Shown one piece after another: positions 26,617 through 38,016 of a DNA stretch of 64,000 bases. The stretch covers positions 13,392,001 through 13,456,000 of the forward strand of contig OZ059899.1 of assembly GCA_964057225.1 (NCBI GenBank). Reading direction: 5' to 3'. Positions within the stretch are counted from its first letter, which is position 1. The number at the start of each line of letters is the position of its first letter. Under the pieces are notes generated by a model. It saw nothing but the letters and a program-made list of their open reading frames with translations, had not been told where the DNA came from and ran no database searches. The position numbers and the translations under genes are program-made. Source of the DNA: Auanema rhodensis. Taxonomy: Eukaryota; Animalia; Nematoda.

Positions 26617-29427
26617 GTTTATTTGTTTATTATTATAAAATTACCGTTTACTTGAAACAGATGGCAAACGTAGGACTCGGTTGAGTGCTTCTCGTACTGT
26701 CAATCCAGATGGTAGAACGAGGCCAGATAGAGGTGAATTGCAAGCAGTTAAATTGAATTTCTTCCTCTCACGTGATCCAACAAAGCGAAGATCATGCTCA
26801 ACCGGATGGATTTGGGAATTCTCATCAAAATCAGTAACAACAAGCTTAAAAGATATATAAATTGAAGGCATAAACCAATTTCAGTGATACTTTTTGAGAA
26901 TCATTAACTTCACCAACAAATGATACCGAGCATTTTTCTCTTCGAGCTATTTGCTTCAATGCTGGGACCAAGTTCTTGTCAATCAATGCTGCATCACTCT
27001 CCTAAAGATTATACACAGATCATTATGAGTTTAAACCTTTTGTTTTACTTGATATTCAGCAGTCCATAGTTCTCGAGCAGATATAGTAGGATCTCCTAAT
27101 TCAAACGCATTTGCTGATATAGCTGCACCTCGATTTTCAACAAGTTCACGTAATACATTTCCTATACATTAACATCAATATTAATTAATTGTAAATACTA
27201 CATGATAGTACTAACCATTTCCTCCGGCTCCTTGGTCATGAATTGCGAGAATAGGATTAGATTCAGACATTTCTGTACAACTACGTACAATACGATGAAG
27301 TTTCTGAGCCATCTCAGCATCACCACGCTGTACAGCGCTGAAATCTAGCTCGGAGTTACGAGAACCTTAAACAAATTTAATTAAAAATTATCAACCAGAT
27401 AATAAAATCATACCTTGAACAGCAAGAGATGAAGCAGCACCCCCGCCAACACCAATACGATAGACTGGTCCACCAATTTTGGCCAGTATATGCCCTGGAG
27501 TACTTTCAACTTTTTTCACATGTTCATTATCTGAAAATATCAAATATGATATCAAATTTAATTTAAAATAGTACTAACCTATGGTTCCAACTCCCCCAGA
27601 AAACATAATTGGTTTAGCATATTCATATCGTTGGCCATGCAAACGAAGACCGAATGATCGGGTAAAACCGCAGATAACAGGCTCACCAAATTTGTTCCCA
27701 TAATCAGAAGCACCATTAGAAGCATCAATAATAATCTATATCGTATAATTATATTTGAAATATATTCGATTGTCTGATCACTTGGCGTGGATGACTGAAT
27801 CCAGACGGATATTCCCATGCTTCTTCATTCTCATCAACCGATTCCCAAGGTAATTTGTAGCCATCAAGATTTAAATTTCCAACAGAATAGCCAGCTACAC
27901 CAGCAATTTCATGAGCACCTTGAGTTGTATATATCTTTTAGCTATATTTAGTTTTATTAAATACCTTTTCCTGTTGAATGAATATCCCGAATACGGCCAC
28001 CAGTTCCTGTGGTAGCTCCCTAAAGCATGAAGCATGAAGATAGAACAAAGAGAAAGAGAGGTAAAGTCATTAAATAAAATTTCTAAATGCCATACTTGGA
28101 ATGGGCAAACGGCTGTCGGAAAATTATGTGTTTCCGCAGAATATATAATATGACGATTAACAGATTTTAAGGAAAAAGCTGATGTTATTGTAGAATCGAT
28201 GGGGATGATATTTTTCAATGTACCGAATCCTTTGATCGCACTATAAATAGACATATTTTATTATTATATTCTATATCATATAAATAGATTATAAATACCT
28301 TGAATTATCACAGAAAGCAATAATACTGTTTGGATTGGATGTATTCAATGTGGATTTTACCATTTTCATCAATGAACTCTAGAACATTGAAGAATTATCT
28401 TTAAAAACATTTTTTTTTCTTAAAATTACTTCAACTGGATTGCCATCTATAGATAGAATGCCATTGAAAAACCAATGTCGAGAATGTTCAGAATCAGATT
28501 GAGCAAGATCAAACAGCTCAACATCAGTAGGATTTCTAAACATAAACATAAACATATATTTATATGTGATTATTTAATTATAAATTAAATTATGTTTGCT
28601 TATACTAACCTTTTTAATTTTTCAGAATATAGATTAATATAGTATTGCATGTCATCATCATCGAAAGCTAACCCCATTTCAATATTTGCCTGTTTAATAG
28701 CATTAGCAAATTACTAATAATATTATATAAAATACCTTTTTTAAATTATTATGATCAGATAATATATCAATAATTTGTATAGATTCTCTTGTATTAATAG
28801 GTGAATGAAAGCAAATATTTTGTGGATAAATGAATTCTAAATGGCCATTGCATGCATGATTAACAGATTTTTGTAATTTTACCAGTCATTTTATCTCCAG
28901 CTAATTCTAGGAAATGATCTGGATTGATATCAGATAAATTAATTGAGTATCTTCTACTTCTCTCGATACGCACAACATTTGAAATTCCAACAGAATTCAG
29001 AATGGCTATTGCATTTGTACAGAAAGCCGTTTTGAACGAAATTCTAGAAAAGAGACAGATTTCTTTATATGTAATCAAAAACTGATATATTTATCAAATA
29101 CCTTGGTCCAATCTCAATAACATTGCTGTTAAATGAGGATTGTTGACTTAATTGACTTTCAAAAACATTTGGTATCAGCAGCATTTCCAACTTATCCTTA
29201 TTCTTTAGCATAAACTCATACTTATCATTTTCTATCTGTAAACAAGCATGTAAGTCATGAATAACACCGTCTATTTATAGTACAGGTAGCACGATATGGT
29301 AGCAATACTCCAATTTGATTTCCAAGTTTGAACATTTTGATTTCGCTTCCAAATGGTTTTTAATGATTTTTGTTCGACGTTTTTCATGTTCACTTTCGTA
29401 TGATGTATACAAACGGATATGGCTCAT
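15221..29427 (-). CDS. pfas-1: Phosphoribosylformylglycinamidine (FGAM) synthase, multi-exon, with an 8.4-kb intron at 18003-26381
   Basis: VIEIGPR, DLAQSDSEHSRHWFF, AETHNFPT, GNKFGEP, KPIMFSGG, AIHDQGAGG, QQQCVGP, GEQPIKG, IDGGKDSLSM, GHDVSDGG, REEGSNGDREM, GGFSYGD, GVCNGCQ, SHGEG, YPWNPNGS and MPHSDR occur in order. ATG 29427 follows an acceptor; stop at 15221. Confidence 0.96.
19570..24196 (-). CDS. Extracellular leucine-rich-repeat type I transmembrane protein (LRON-like), nested in the PFAS intron on the same strand
   Basis: Signal peptide (MAKLMSLGKLLCLITMYGMVEA), N-cap CSHCTC, many LxxLDLSxN repeats over 7 in-phase exons (about 24196-23803, 23046-22861, 22810-22558, 21122-20976, 20896-20700, 20648-20489, 20226-19570), C-cap NPLRCDC, TM VPMLVSTVAFAIIVICSFLLSLVIW and a short tail ending PVRL. 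Confidence 0.9.
26537..26614. repeat. (AT)n microsatellite in a PFAS intron
   Basis: Uninterrupted AT dinucleotide run of about 78 bp. Confidence 0.97.
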
Positions 29428-30171
29428 CTGAATTATAATTATAATAAATATTCACATAAAAATTTAAAAAATTAACAATTTTAGCAAAGCATTCGAAAAA
29501 TGAAATAGATTGGAGGTGAGCTATCAATATTGCCAACTTGAGAGCATTACAATATTCCGGTTAGAAGCACTTATAGTTAACGCACTTAGGTAACTATATC
29601 ATTAAAAAAAACTTGCTAAATAAAACAATCTATCTTTTTAATGACAACAATATGAACTTCTGAAACAGACGGGTAGAAATCAATAGTAAAAAGTGGATGA
29701 GATCAACGTACAATACCAAGTTGGAATGTTGTTGATTGTATGGCATACAGAACAGCACTAACTTATATTTAATATTCAAAAAGATATTCAATATATGTTA
29801 TAGATAAGATATATATCTCACATAACATCCTAAAGAAGTGAAAGTCCAAAGATCAACTGACCAGATGAGCAATTAACCTTTTCTTGCTGATTTAGCTCCA
29901 ATAATCATGCCCTTACCTCAAACACGGACGAACGAACCTCCGATTAAAACATTTTTATTGAGAGTTCAAATTATTTATAGCTAAAGAATGTATAATATAT
30001 AGTCTTTATTAGTTATATTCATTTAATACAGATTTGCTTTTGTTTTCGACTTAAAAGTTGAAAATCTTTAATAGAAGATTTTAGCATAGATGGTATTGCG
30101 ATGCATATGCAATGATTCATAGCCTAATAGATAATATAAGCTAAGAAAGAAAAGTTTTACACACTTACATT

Positions 30172-31692
30172 TCAACTACGCTTAGCCGTTTGGAAAACGT
30201 GAAAGGAACTATGAAGAGGAGATTCGGGTGCAGGTGGAGGAGGAGTTGCAGGCAGCTTAGGAACGCCAGCGTCATTTACATCATTTTTAGCTTGAGCCTA
30301 CAAGCAAGAGGCATTTACAGTAACTAACTACGCGCATACTTTCATTTGTAGTAATCGTTTTGATACCTTTTCTTCGAGAACTCTCCGAATTGAAGCTACA
30401 GATTGTGATCCATGACGTACAGAAGGTCTGAATAAAGTACATCAGCAGGATTGCATGCTTAACCACTTACTCAATTACAGAAACCTCCTGATTTTTCTTT
30501 TTTTGAAAAGAAGGAGTTAATCCAAACTGGAATATTAAATTATATTACAGTCTTAACGATAATAGTTTACAATGCGAGTAGCACGACATCTTTGGCGAAC
30601 TGTGAAACCTGGTAAAGCGCCAAACGGATTGTTAGGATTTGGCATCGGTGGCTTCGGACCGACTGGAGAAGCATGCTTGCTTTTGATTTCAGCAGCTAGA
30701 TGCGATATCGGTGAACTTGAAACGGGACACTTGTTAGCACCCGAGAATTTCTCTGATTGAGAAGTATTTGGGGAAAAAACGAATGTTGATGTGGATGAAG
30801 CACGAGAAAATGATGATGGACAAACTGTCGATTGAGATTTCAATACAATTGACACGTCCAATTCCGGCTTATCTTCTTCATCCACCTGAATACTAGCCTC
30901 AGTCGTTTCAACAGTAGAATTTGCTAAGAAGCCTAAAACCAATATCAATTGAGAATTGTATCCATACGTATATCCAGCTTAATTACTTTCATCTGTTTGA
31001 ATCTCTTTGCATTTCTTTGAATTGTCAACAGGGCGTTTTGAAACAATGCAAGAATTGCATATTTGGCCATCATGGTAGTCACCAACAATTATACGCCATC
31101 TTGCTATTTCATCGTTCACAAGAAACATTGTAATTGTTCCAAAAGAAAACTTAATCTTCATTTCGCAAACTTTTTGCTGGAAAAGAAAATTTTTGCTCAT
31201 TTTTAGGATTTTCTTTACCGGAACTTGATTTTTCATACGTGTTGATGTTTCAGTTATTATAGTTTGAGCTTGTCTCAAATTTAATACGTAGCCTTTATCT
31301 TCGGACTCATAAATCATCAAAATACCCTTTGATGTCACTGCCATGTACCGAAATGCAACAGTAGACACTTGGTCAAGAAAAAAACCCTAAAATATTATAA
31401 ACAGGTTATGTCTGTGAGTGATAGCAATTTAAGCTCACCTTTGCCTTGATTCTGCAACTGTAAATTCCATAAAGTACGGAATCAACATCATGAACTTTCC
31501 ATTTTTTCAAATTAGGAAGAGTTGTGGGCTACAAAATAATCAATAAGCTTGTTTAATTACTATTAATAACTGTTTTTGAATTTCTAATTATTTCAATAAT
31601 TTAACCTTATGAAGATTGGAACATATATGAAGAGTAATTCTGTGGCTACCATTAGAAGTTTTGGGATCTATTGTTTCGCCTTCCACGCCCAT
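30172..31692 (-). CDS. Nematode protein with an N-terminal PH-like domain and a Ser/Pro-rich C-terminus
   Basis: In-phase exons: MGVEGET...|PTTLPNLKKWKVHDVDSVLYGIYSCRIKAK|GFF...RYMAVTSKGILMIYESEDKGYVLNL...MFLVNDEIARWR (PH-like strands ending in a Trp helix; resembles nematode DUF7778 from memory), then PKPPMP and PPPPAP. Stop at 30172. Confidence 0.65.
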
Positions 31693-32046
31693 TTTGAAAA
31701 TCAGTTATGTATAAGTAAAACAGCCGCGCTTAGCGAACTGTAGCTATGAAATGACGGTAAGCGTATCTCCCACGTAAACGTAAACCACGTCATTTTTGAT
31801 TATGCTACCATGACAATTCTATTGCCAAAATTATATTTTCAGAAAATAAAGAAAAATTTCATTACCGGACAGTAAAACAGTTCAGAATAAGAGAAAACCG
31901 TAAAAAAATATTCCTAATGAAAATACGCAAGTAAAACATGTAATAAATTAAAACAGACCAAAAGAGTTAAACATTCACAAACAGCCAATAGACCAGAAAG
32001 TAGAAAGCACAATTAAAAAATAAGTTAAAAATTTGAGAAAAAAAAT

Positions 32047-34378
32047 CTAATGAGCTGTAAGGGTTTCTATTGCTTTAGCAAATCCTTGCTTCTGTGCAAC
32101 TAATAAGAATGATTCCATACGATGGTAAACAATCGTAGCAGCTTCTAAAACAATATATTGACATACGAAAGGATTATAATTAACCCACCAGCAATGTAAG
32201 AAATGAAATCCTTAACAATCTCGAAAACTATTTTGGATGCTACCTTCAAGTTCTCGACGACATTTCCAACCATCTTGTGTCCTTCGCGATCATACCACTT
32301 TTTCACATTGATTGTCTAAATGATTTAAAACATTTGTCTAACTAACACAAATATAGATACTTGTAAAGAAACCCAGCGTTGGATAGCAAGAGTTTTATCC
32401 ATAATAAAAGCATGAGCTTTATATAAGAAGGATTCAACAGATTTTCCAGTACTACTTTTGGCAAACTGTTTGTAATAAATATTGACTTGTTTAGTTCCCG
32501 CATTCCAATAGACAGTAGCAGTTTTCTTATATCTGTATAAAACATTTAAAGCCGATTTAAAACACAAACATACGAGGTGAATACAACTCCATATGTATTG
32601 TATCCATTTGTTAGGAATTTATCAGATGGCTTCTTGAACTCTGACAACTTAGTTAGATCGGCACACAATGGCTATACATAAACTTATTGTAAAAATATTG
32701 AATTTAAAGAATACTCACAGCGCTTCCGGGAATTTTTTTGCCACCTTCAACGCAATTGAATAATATTTGGCAAGTGGAAACTCCGAATGCCAAAAGAGAA
32801 GCATAGAAAGCTATCTTTAAAATAAATCGAACAACTAAAATAGAAAAATATAAGTATCAAATTAATTAATAAAATCTTACAGTTTGTGATGAAACATCCA
32901 TTATTGCATTTCTTCTTCTCCTTTACTTCTGTTCTCTTGGAAGACTTAGCCATACCTTCCTGTCGCTTACTTTTATTGTCTAAATTAAATAATATGAAAT
33001 ATTATACGGTTAGGATGTTATAACTACAAATATTTCATAAAAGCGAATTTAAAGTAATATATCAAACTACAAGTGCGGGATTTGATCCATAGTCGTATAC
33101 CCAAAAGGTATTATTTGAATTCGAAAGCATTAATAGGGTCTATTAAAAGGGACATTATGTACACGTCAGAATAACAAAATATAACGCACAGCAAAAGATA
33201 ACAGCATGTCACTCTGAACAGTAAGTATTGTTGTTTTACTAAAAGAATATAACGACTGTTAGAACAAAATACAATGAAGAAAATGCGCGCCTAAACATGA
33301 CCATAGAAGAAATTTCAAATAACCGAATTCATAGCAGCAAAATGAAAGGTCATCGCTAGTCAAACATTTTACGCGAGCGTTCTTTTCGTACGCACTAGCT
33401 CAACTATTATAACGTCAACGAACTGCATTAAACTAGCAGATGTTCGCCACGTTAATATGGGGTCGATTATAATGAATTGGCATGAATAAATTATGCAGAT
33501 TGCAAAAAACGAGTAATAATCACTTAGCAAAAGTAGCAAATATTAGAAAAAGACACAAACCTTCTTGTGGAAGATTAGGAGCAGGCGCGGCATTTCCATT
33601 CTTCTTCCCTTGGTTTTGTTGTTGCTTCTTCTTCTTTTTCTCTTGTTGTTGAGCTTCATTGATGGCTTGAACATTTTGATGAACTTTTTGTTGTTTCGCT
33701 TTCTATAGCGAAAATTTAGATTACAAAATCTGATAGAACTAACCGATTCGTTAACAGATTTTCTTAATTGCTTCATGTAGCTAATCACTCCAACAGCAGC
33801 CTGCTTACACTCCTTTTCACTACCACAGTTTCCAGCAGCCTAAATCCCAAATTTATCTAAAATTTAAACTGAATACAACTTTAGCTAGATTTGGAGCCAA
33901 TGGATTTTTTTTCAGATCTAGCCAATTCAACGAAGAAAGATTGGCAAAAGAGAGTGGGAGTTCCTAAAAGAAAAGCTTCAAAGTTTAGGCATACAGAAAC
34001 ACCGACCTCTATTTGGTTATTGTAGAGATTAAGATGTTGGAGGTTGACAAGATTGCCGATATTATCAGGAAGAACAACCAGTTTGTTACTACCAAGTTCC
34101 AACCTTTAAGTGGAATGTAATTGATACCAAAAGGGCAAGTGAAAACCTGGTAATTCTCGTTAAATTGCAAAATTCAGGATAAATGAAAGTGATCTTGTTT
34201 ACTCCCAAGTCAATTTCGGTAGCACGTGGTAGCTGAAATTATAATTTCAGGTATTGAGTGATTTTATATGCACCTGTAATAAAGCCTTTGGAATCGTATT
34301 CAAATCACGAACAGAGAGATCCAGCTCATTATCGTCCAAAATATCCTTCAACTCTTTAAGTGATAACTCAGCTGCCAT
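32047..34378 (-). CDS. LRRC59-like ER protein (LRR, coiled coil, transmembrane segment)
   Basis: MAAELSLKELKDILDDNELDLSVRDLNTIPKALLQ|LPRATEIDLGVNKI...LNLYNNQIE|ELPLSFANLSSLNWLDLKKNPL...AAGNCGSEKECKQAA, then a Lys/Glu-rich coiled coil and the hydrophobic segment ILLINLILIF. Confidence 0.82.
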
Positions 34379-34440
34379 CTAAATACCAATCTATAAATGT
34401 ATAAAGCTCCATATTTAGATAATCAGTGCAGTAAACACTA

Positions 34441-34557
34441 AAAATATAACAAGAAACTAAAACAAAAAAGTAAAAAATTAGGCGCTGGTATTGTTTCCTA
34501 AAAATATAACAAGAAACTAAAACAAAAAAGTAAAAAATTAGGCGCTGGTATTGTTTC
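34441..34557. repeat. 60-bp tandem duplication covering a U-rich spacer and the first 17 bp of the MITE left end
   Basis: aaaatataacaagaaactaaaacaaaaaagtaaaaaattaggcgctggtattgtttc occurs at both 34441 and 34501. Confidence 0.95.
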
Positions 34558-34830
34558 GCCCACCCCCCCCCCCCTAATAATCAGAGAGTTAACATTAGAG
34601 CGCGCTTATTTAAAAGTATTAAACTCGCAGAAATGAGACTGTATTTTCGAGTAAATAACGCATGATCTATGATAACATTTTGGGCACGCACTAGCTTTGC
34701 ATAAACCAGCGGGAGTGCTCTATCCCAAATCAGGGGGGTCTGGGGGGGTATCCCCCCCAGATAGAGAGAGCTTCAACAAAATTTAAAAGTATGGCTCAAG
34801 TGCAGTTTTTCCCGAAACGATACCAGCCCC
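34541..34830. mobile_element. 290-bp MITE with 18-bp TIRs and an 8-bp target-site duplication (Merlin-like)
   Basis: Left GGCGCTGGTATTGTTTCG vs reverse complement of right end GGGGCTGGTATCGTTTCG (16/18). AAAAATTA flanks both sides. Internal perfect hairpin TCTGGGGGGG-TAT-CCCCCCCAGA. GG termini with an 8-9 bp TSD fit the Merlin superfamily. Confidence 0.75.
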
Positions 34831-34873
34831 AAAAATTAATTATCACAATGAGATTTCATCACAAATTAATATA

Positions 34874-35718
34874 CAGTCATGTGTAAAAGAAAAAGGGCAA
34901 AACTTTCGAATGGTCTCCTGAAGTAGTGAGACTACAAAAAATTAAAAACTATGAAAAATAGAAATGGTGAGCAGACCACAAATCGAAAAATGCAAAAAAA
35001 ACCAAAAATTAAGACTTTATTAATATTTTGTTGGATACCCGAAATTATCAACCACAGCTTTGAGCCTTCTATTCATCGAATTGACGAGCTTCTTCAAAAT
35101 ACCCGGAGAAGTTTCTCGCCAGAGGATTCTTAGGCATCTGAACTTCTCGTCCTTGTTCGATGACGGAAATTGAGCCGCCCTTCTTCCCAAATCTTCCATA
35201 GATGTTCGATCGGATTCAGATCGGTTCTTCAATTCTGGATGACGTCTTCAATTCTGGATGACGACAATTCTGGATGACGTTGAGCCAAGCGGACGACGGT
35301 GTTGTCCTGTGATGGTGTGGTCTTCGGTGGGCGCCCTGGTTTTGTCTTCTTTATCATTGCTATTCCTTGGCTGTGATCCTTGATGATGGCTTGAACGCAG
35401 CTCTTCGAGATAGCCGTAAAAGCAGCAATTTTTCGGGTTGCAAACCCTTCGTCTTTGAGCCTGAGGACTGTCTCCCTCATCTCGTTGCTGTATCTTCTGC
35501 CTTGAACCATCTAAATTTGCATATTAAAAATGAAGCTGAATCATTTTAATTTCCAAAATAATACATTTCAAAGTTAGTTTTAAAAAATGAATTCAGCTTC
35601 ATTTTTTAGCAACATAATTCCTAGCCATTATCGATTTTTTTCAGATTCCTAAATTGTAGTCTGAGCTCCAGATTCTAATATATTCTAAATCTTGCCCTTT
35701 TTCTTTTACACATGACTG
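34874..35718 (-). mobile_element. Internally deleted, non-autonomous Tc1-family DNA transposon (845 bp)
   Basis: Perfect 27-bp TIRs CAGTCATGTGTAAAAGAAAAAGGGCAA with TA on both sides. Transposase N-terminal HTH with PGRPPKTT (35510-35229) and C-terminal DLNPIEHLW...LVNSMNRRLKAVVDNFGYPTKY (to 35020). Most of the DDE core is missing and there is a frameshift. Confidence 0.95.
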
Positions 35719-35826
35719 TATATTAGAGATTATGACATTTCTGATATGGCATTATGTAAAGCTATGTATATTTATAAATAATAAGTGAGCAAGTAGTGAA
35801 TAGTAAGTATGGTAACTTATAAAACT

Positions 35827-36919
35827 TTAAAGCTCTCCTTTGATTCTCTTAGAGTCATCCTTCTTCTTTTTTGAAGGTTTTTTGTCCTTTGATTTTTCCT
35901 CTTTATTTCGCTCTTGGGCTTTTCGCGCCTCCTCCACAATTTCCATTTTAGTTTTTTTTTCACTGAAATAATTCATTACTTGAATTTACTCAGAAATGGA
36001 AAAGCAAACTTTTTATCCTTGGGAATTATGGAAAACTTTTTAGCCATATTGTCAACAACTTCAACTGTATCTTTGTCGAAAAGATCTACAGAAATCGTAA
36101 GTGTGTGCCTGTTTTTGATAAACACAAACCTGTATCTTTGCCATAATTGTAAGCCCAAACAACAACTGTATTAAGCTTTCTATCTTTTTTCAAAGCCTTT
36201 TCGAAATGGGCCGGATATGCGAGAGATAATTCAGCAAAGAATGAAATATTTTCCAAAACCTAAAAATAATTCAAATAACAAAAGAAATCAAACAAAAACC
36301 TTACCTTAGATAAACTAGTAAGCACTAATTCACTGTCGTATGGAAAAGGATCGCGAGGCTTCCAACTAATTCTCTCGAGTGTACTTCTAGCTTCTTCGAG
36401 AATGTTTTTAATATTGTTTCGAATCTATTATACGGTAAGCGATAAGGTAAAATTGCAATGTGCTACTAACCTCTTCGAGGTACACCCGTAGCTTATCTTT
36501 TTCAATAGCTTCAATTGATGTAACGGCTTCTTTATGCTCTCGTCTTCTCAATTTAAATTCTTCAATATCTATAAAAGAGAAGCAATAGAATACTTCAAAA
36601 AATTTAAATTTGTAATCCTGTTTCAGGAATTTTTATCTCTAACTAGAATTTCCATTTTTGGATACGAAAACGTCCTGTGACGTAGTAATTGATAAGATTA
36701 AAGATAAACATTTTTTTCTTTAGTTAAACATTCTATAAAATAAAGTTAAATCTAACATGTTTTACGATGATTCACAGTATCAGCGTCTTTTTGCTCCTTT
36801 GGTATTGTTTCTTCAGCGCCCACATTATGTTTCTTTCTAACATCTTTTTGATTTGTATCAACTTTGCTTTCAACGAGTTGTAACACAAAAATCAGCAAAA
36901 TTATACAATTTAATTTCAT
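35827..36919 (-). CDS. CCDC134-like ER-luminal protein
   Basis: Signal peptide MKLNCIILLIFVLQLVES; FKLRRREHKEAV...PFPYDSELVLTSLSK|VLENISFFAELSLAYP...VVWAYNYGKDT...MAKKFSIIPKDKKF matches the CCDC134 core (xxENTAFFGD, W, MAQEL). Basic tail ends in KDEL-like KGEL. Confidence 0.75.
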
Positions 36920-38016
36920 GATCTGGAAAAAAAAACAAAAATCTCAGAAAAACAATTATTATCATACAAAACATAAGAAAATAAGAGAATATTGCTATTG
37001 AGACAGCATTATCTAAGTAAACAGTACAATTACGTGTACCGAACACTTTATATAATTCTCTTCTTCGCCTTGTAGCAAATATTAGACCTTTAATGGAAAT
37101 CGGGTTATTTGAATTTTTTTGGAGGAATCATTCCATTTTTTAGCAAAAACAAAACGATTATAGTAGATTCGAAATTGTCGCATTAGTCAAGCACAAAATA
37201 TAAAAATATTTTAATATTTTTCATAAAATTCTGAAAAATTATTGTATTTTCACATTCGCGCGGTATGTTCCCTGGTATATCTCACGTCTGTGGGCAAAAA
37301 ATCTCTGACTCTCTGGCATGTTGTCTCTGCAAATGTTCAACTGGAGCCTCCCCCTTCCTTCGATATTTTTATGCCGCTTGAGGTCTTTTCATTTTCCTAT
37401 TCTTTACGATGTCTCCAGAATTGGCGTGTGCCATTCTATGCTGACATTTAGTTATCACTGTATCATTGTTTTTCATATCTTCTCTTTAAACTGTCGAACT
37501 TTTCCGTATTTCTTTTTGGCTGTGTGATAACTACCCCAATATTCCAAGCAAAGGGTCGAGACCTTGACGAGTCTTAGCGGTCTTAGTTGGATAGGTGCAA
37601 GTCTAGACCTTGCTGTAATGTCTCAATATCTTCCACGTATTCTAACTGATGTACTTTTCTAAGACTTATTTTCAAACCTAATCTGCGTTTATTCATATTT
37701 CAACTGATATTCTAAACTCTAGGACTTTAAACTATCTGTAAAACATCGGCTCTTTGCCGTCTAAGTTCATTAAGAAACTAAATAGGTGGAAACAAACAAT
37801 TTTGAATGCTCAGCTTATTTGCTCATAGTCGCCTAACTTATCAGTTTGTTTCCAACACATCGTATGCAATCAATTCTTTTAGCCCACTATGCCATCGATG
37901 AATTTTCACGAGACTATCGTAACTGATATTGACTTGCAATAATTCTTGTTCTTGTTTATATATTTCATGCTTTAATTTGATATTTCGCTCAGGAGAACTT
38001 TTTGGGATCAAGAAAA

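Noticed and set aside
35020-35510. Functional transposase
   Set aside because: The element is only 845 bp, lacks the first two catalytic Asp regions, and has a stop and a frameshift.
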